This document shows, one piece after another, positions 7,476 to 10,589 of a DNA stretch of 10,589 nucleotides; within the stretch, counting starts at the first letter, position 1; each line of letters opens with the position of its first letter. Below the pieces are notes generated by a model. The model was not told the origin of the DNA and searched no databases. It saw nothing but the letters and a program-made list of their open reading frames with translations. Source of the stretch: Octopus sinensis (lineage: Eukaryota); NCBI RefSeq assembly GCF_006345805.1, contig NW_021827363.1:1-10589 (forward strand). The letters run 5' to 3'. The position numbers were made by a program, and so were the translations under genes.

Positions 7476-7964
7476 CTTTAAGCCATAGCATGTAATTATT
7501 GGGTTAAAAACCCGTTTTGATAGAAAGAGGCAAAGGCCGATCTTAGGAATGAACCCGTATCTTCTGTAAGCACGGCAGATGTTCTATCATCAGAGCAAAA
7601 CAATCCTTTGAATTACTCCGTTTGTTTTAGAAACTTTGTTCCTGCTCCTGAGAATTAGGACATCTTTCATGTTTATAGATGTAGGTTTAAATCCCACAGG
7701 CAGTATTCAACTTTGTGTATCCAAAGGAGATTTTTTGAACCCAATAATTACATTCTATTGTTTATAGCTTTATCTGTTTTGAGTTTCACAAATGCAAAAA
7801 AAAAAAAAAATACCATTTTAATGTAAATCTCTATTTTACTCAGCTGGACCCTCATAGTCATTGATAGGGGCACAAGCATGAGCATCTCCCTGTGGACAGG
7901 CACAAGCATGAGATTGAGAGTGTGCGCAGCCATTGACATGGCTGCCCCAATTATCTCCTCCACT

Positions 7965-8374
7965 AAAGGCAGCAAGCTGACAGAAACTTTAGCACGCTGG
8001 GCGATATGCTTAGTGGTATTTCGTCCGCCGCTGCGTTCTGAGTTCAAATTCCGCCGAGGTCGACTTTGCCTTTCATCCTTTCGGGGTCGATAAATTAAGC
8101 ACCAGTTATGCACCAGTTATGCACTGGGGTCGATATAATCGACTTAATCCGTTTGTCTGTCCTTGTTTGTCCCCTCTATGTTCAGCCCCTTGTGAGTAGT
8201 AAAGAAATAGGTATTTCATCTGTCTTTATGTTCTGAGTTCAAATTCCACCAAGGTTGACTTTGCCTTTCATCCTTTCGTGGTCAATAAATTAAGTACCGG
8301 TTACGTACTGGAGTCAATCTAATTGACTGGCCTCCTCATGAAAAATTTCGGACCTTGTGCCTAGAGTAGAAAAG
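7965..8374 (+). mobile_element. Full-length SINE with an internally duplicated central domain (Meta/Sauria-SINE-like as recalled)
   Basis: GTTCTGAGTTCAAATTCC...GTCGACTTTGCCTTTCATCCTTTCGGGGTCGATAAATTAAG occurs at 8035 and, slightly diverged, at 8230. The TSD-like pair is AATTATCTCCTCCACT (7949-7964) and AATTATCATTTCCACT (8375-8390), matching at 13/16. Confidence 0.85.
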
Positions 8375-8683
8375 AATTATCATTTCCACTGGTTGCCGAA
8401 CACTTGCAGCGAAGCTTCAAGGAGCTGAATCATGGTGAAGATCGACAGTGTAAAGGATGCGGGAGAAGTACAATCACATCTACGTGGATGGAGATGAGCA
8501 GGAGAAAGAGAAGGTACATGAGCACAAGCACAGCCATGCACTCATGGACACAGGTTGCTTGCTATGAACTTTAGGCAAGGCCGTGCTACACAGCAGAGGC
8601 CTCCGCAGCTGACCATCGTGTGCTCTTTCCTATCATGTTTAAAAGAAACATTGTGTATTTATAATTGAATATTATTAGGAGCT

Positions 8684-9141
8684 ATCATCATCATCATCAT
8701 CATCGTCGTTTAGCGTCCGCTTTCCATGCTAGCATGGGTTGGACGGTTCAACTGGGGTCTGGGAAGCCAGAAGGCTGCACCAGGCCCAGTCTGATCTGGC
8801 AATGTTTCTACGGCTGGATGCCCTTCCTAACGCCAACCACTCCGTGAGTGTAGTGGGTGCTTTTTACGTGCCAGACGAGTCTGGCAAACGGCCACGATCG
8901 GATGATGCTTTTTATGTGCGACCGGCACGGGGGCCAGGCGAGGCTGGCAACGGCCACGAACGGATGGTGCTTTTTACGTGTCACCGACACGGGGGCCAGG
9001 CGAGGCTGGCAACGGCCACGAACAGATGGTGCTTTTTATGTGCCACCAGCACGGGGGCCAGGCAAGGCTGGCAATGGCCACGAACGGATGGTGCTTTTTA
9101 CGCGCCACCGGCACGAGGCCAGTTGGGGCGGCGCTGGCAAC
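8684..9141 (-). mobile_element. Young 5'-truncated RTE-tailed SINE with internal tandem array
   Basis: The minus strand reads a 62-bp array, then GTGGTTGGCGTTAGGAAGGGCATCCAGCCGTAGAAAC...CCAACCCATGCTAGCATGGAAAGCGGACGCTAAACG and (GAT)n. CpGs are well preserved. Confidence 0.9.
8856..9141. repeat. GC-rich 62-bp minisatellite (one 48-bp unit, three 62-bp units, one variant terminal unit)
   Basis: The GCTTTTTA anchor is at 8859, 8907, 8969, 9031 and 9093. Consensus is GGTGCTTTTTACGTGCCACCGGCACGGGGGCCAGGCGAGGCTGGCAACGGCCACGAACGGAT. Confidence 0.95.
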
Positions 9142-9599
9142 AAAAAATTTTTAATATTTTGTGTATTCTAGAAGTGTGACCAATATCTTGCATGGACCTC
9201 CAAAAGTCATATGGACCATCGTTGAGAAGCACTGTTGCAGAGTGTGATACAAGGAAGAATTGGTAGCTGCTTCTAGCAACTCAAGTGACCACAGAGTATC
9301 TCCCTCCTTGGTTACATCTGCTGGGTAGCGGGTACATAAATAAATACCACATCCTCCATCCTGCAGTTAGCACCGAAAACCACCTCCGGTGGCTTCAGGT
9401 GCATACCCCCAACCTTCGTCTACTGATAGGTAAATTAAGGTGTTGATTGATTAATAAGCTCCAGTCGTTTACATACCTTTACACAGCAGAGTATGCGCGT
9501 AGCACAGGTGATGTTTCTAGTCCATCAGGGATGGCTCAAAACACAGGAAATATTAATAAATAGTATTTACTGCAGCTGCTTTTGGTGTAACTCATTACA

Positions 9600-10203
9600 T
9601 CTACATACACACACACACACGCACTCACACACACACTTACTCACACACACACACATATGTAGGTATGAATATGAAGATACAGATATAGATATAACAGAGA
9701 AATGTTTAGAAATAAGGAAACTCATAAATATTTCTCTCTCTCACACACATACACACACGCACATGCACACCCACACACACTCTCTCTCTATCACACTCAC
9801 AACTCACACACACACACTCACACACCACACACTCACACACACACACTCAAACACACACACCACTAACACACACCCCACTCAAACACAACACACACCACTC
9901 ACACACACACACAACACTACACACACACACTCACCCACACACCACTACACCACACACACACACACACACACACTCTCACTCACACACACACACACACACA
10001 CACTTTACACACACACACACTTACTCACACACTACACACACACACACACACTCACACACACACTACACACACACACACACACTCACACACACACCACACA
10101 CACCTCTCACCACACACCACACATACACACACTTACACACACACACCACACTTACTCACACACACATACACAACACACCACTCACACACACACACATTTA
10201 ACA

Positions 10204-10241
<38 letters not shown>

Positions 10242-10430
10242 GTAGGTATGAATATGAAGATACAGATATAGATATAACAGAGAAATGTTTAGAAATAAGG
10301 AAACTCATAAATACTTCTCTCTCTCTCACACACACACACACACGCACACACACACGCACATGCACACACGCATCACATTCACACTCATGTACACATACCT
10401 ACGCTCATGCACACACACACACACAAATAT
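9600..10430 (+). repeat. Long degenerate (CA)n tract containing two copies of a 75-bp unique block (9656-9730 and 10239-10313)
   Basis: Seen directly. The period of the unique block is 583 bp. Confidence 0.92.
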
Positions 10431-10469
10431 GTATATGTTCCATTGCTATCCTTTTCACACTTACTCGTC

Positions 10470-10522
10470 CTCTATCTCTTTCTCTACTATCTCTTATCTC
10501 TCTCTCTCTCTCTCTCTCTCTC
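10470..10522 (+). repeat. (CT)n pyrimidine tract
   Basis: Seen directly. Confidence 0.9.
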
Positions 10523-10589
10523 CACCTTCTACCTCTTAGTCTATCTCCATTCCTTTTCATTTATGTTTTCTTTCCCCAGCTTTTAAACG

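Larger units (their letters stand above)
6556..7810. mobile_element. Interrupted fold-back element or head-to-head pair of tRNA-like units
   Basis: After removing 6598-7483, the left arm (6556-6597 plus 7484-7605) is the reverse complement of the right arm (about 7634-7810). One block matches at 32/34 and another at 18/24, and the terminal T/A runs lie at the same offset. Confidence 0.75.
7831..9234 (-). mobile_element. Second, fragmented copy of the hAT MITE in opposite orientation (pieces at 7831-7862, about 8633-8683 and 9142-9234)
   Basis: 9191-9234 (ends GTTGAGAAGCACTG) matches the reverse complement of 6598-6640. 8650-8678 matches 7327-7358. 7831-7862 (CTATTTTACTCAGCTGGACCCTCATAGTCATT) matches 7400-7432. 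One TIR is lost. Confidence 0.7.

Noticed and set aside
7580-7600. Hammerhead core (CTGATGA on the minus strand; also at about 4603 and CTGAAGA at about 196)
   Set aside because: No stem II followed by GAAA at a suitable distance.
7488-7755. TA-flanked 268-bp MITE
   Set aside because: The inverted homology continues past both TA dinucleotides once the hAT MITE is removed, so these are internal positions of the larger fold-back.
8856-9141. CRISPR-like array
   Set aside because: The units are contiguous with no unique spacers, there are no cas genes, and the context is eukaryotic.
8856-9141. HDV-like ribozyme in the 62-bp unit (CCAGCCTCGCCTGGC recalls HDV P3/L3; GGCTGGCAAC and CGAA on the other strand)
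   Set aside because: I could not build P1, P1.1, P4 and J4/2 in the right order on either strand. An RNArobo or Infernal search would settle it.
8739-9179. 146-aa and 104-aa ORFs
   Set aside because: They run through the GC-rich 62-bp minisatellite on the antisense strand of a SINE.
6598-9234. Single composite hAT transposon using the outer TIRs
   Set aside because: The outer flanks (CTATAAAC versus TTGCAGAG) are not a TSD, and MITE 1 has its own TSD.
9493-10245. 250-aa ORF
   Set aside because: It is the His/Thr translation of a (CA)n tract, which lacks stops by composition.

Overview
Eukaryotic, AT-rich, repeat-saturated intronic or intergenic DNA. The SINE families and microsatellite load point to a cephalopod, most likely Octopus (inference from recalled repeat families, not a database result). 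I find no intact protein-coding gene. The supplied ORFs come from microsatellites, SINEs or chance. The window holds about a dozen tRNA-derived SINEs or SINE fragments, a decayed LINE reverse-transcriptase remnant, the 3' end of a Tc1/mariner-superfamily transposon, and three hAT-type MITEs or termini, often nested. The best leads are: (1) a hidden fold-back element at 6556-7810 with two divergent tRNA-like arms, visible only after removing an inserted hAT MITE; (2) a 134-bp templated-looking insertion in the mariner terminus, copied from 1.8 kb upstream; (3) a very recent head duplication in a CORE-type SINE; (4) a hairpin-rich 62-bp minisatellite inside an RTE-tailed SINE. None is shown here to be a new biological system, and novelty cannot be judged without Repbase/Dfam searches.
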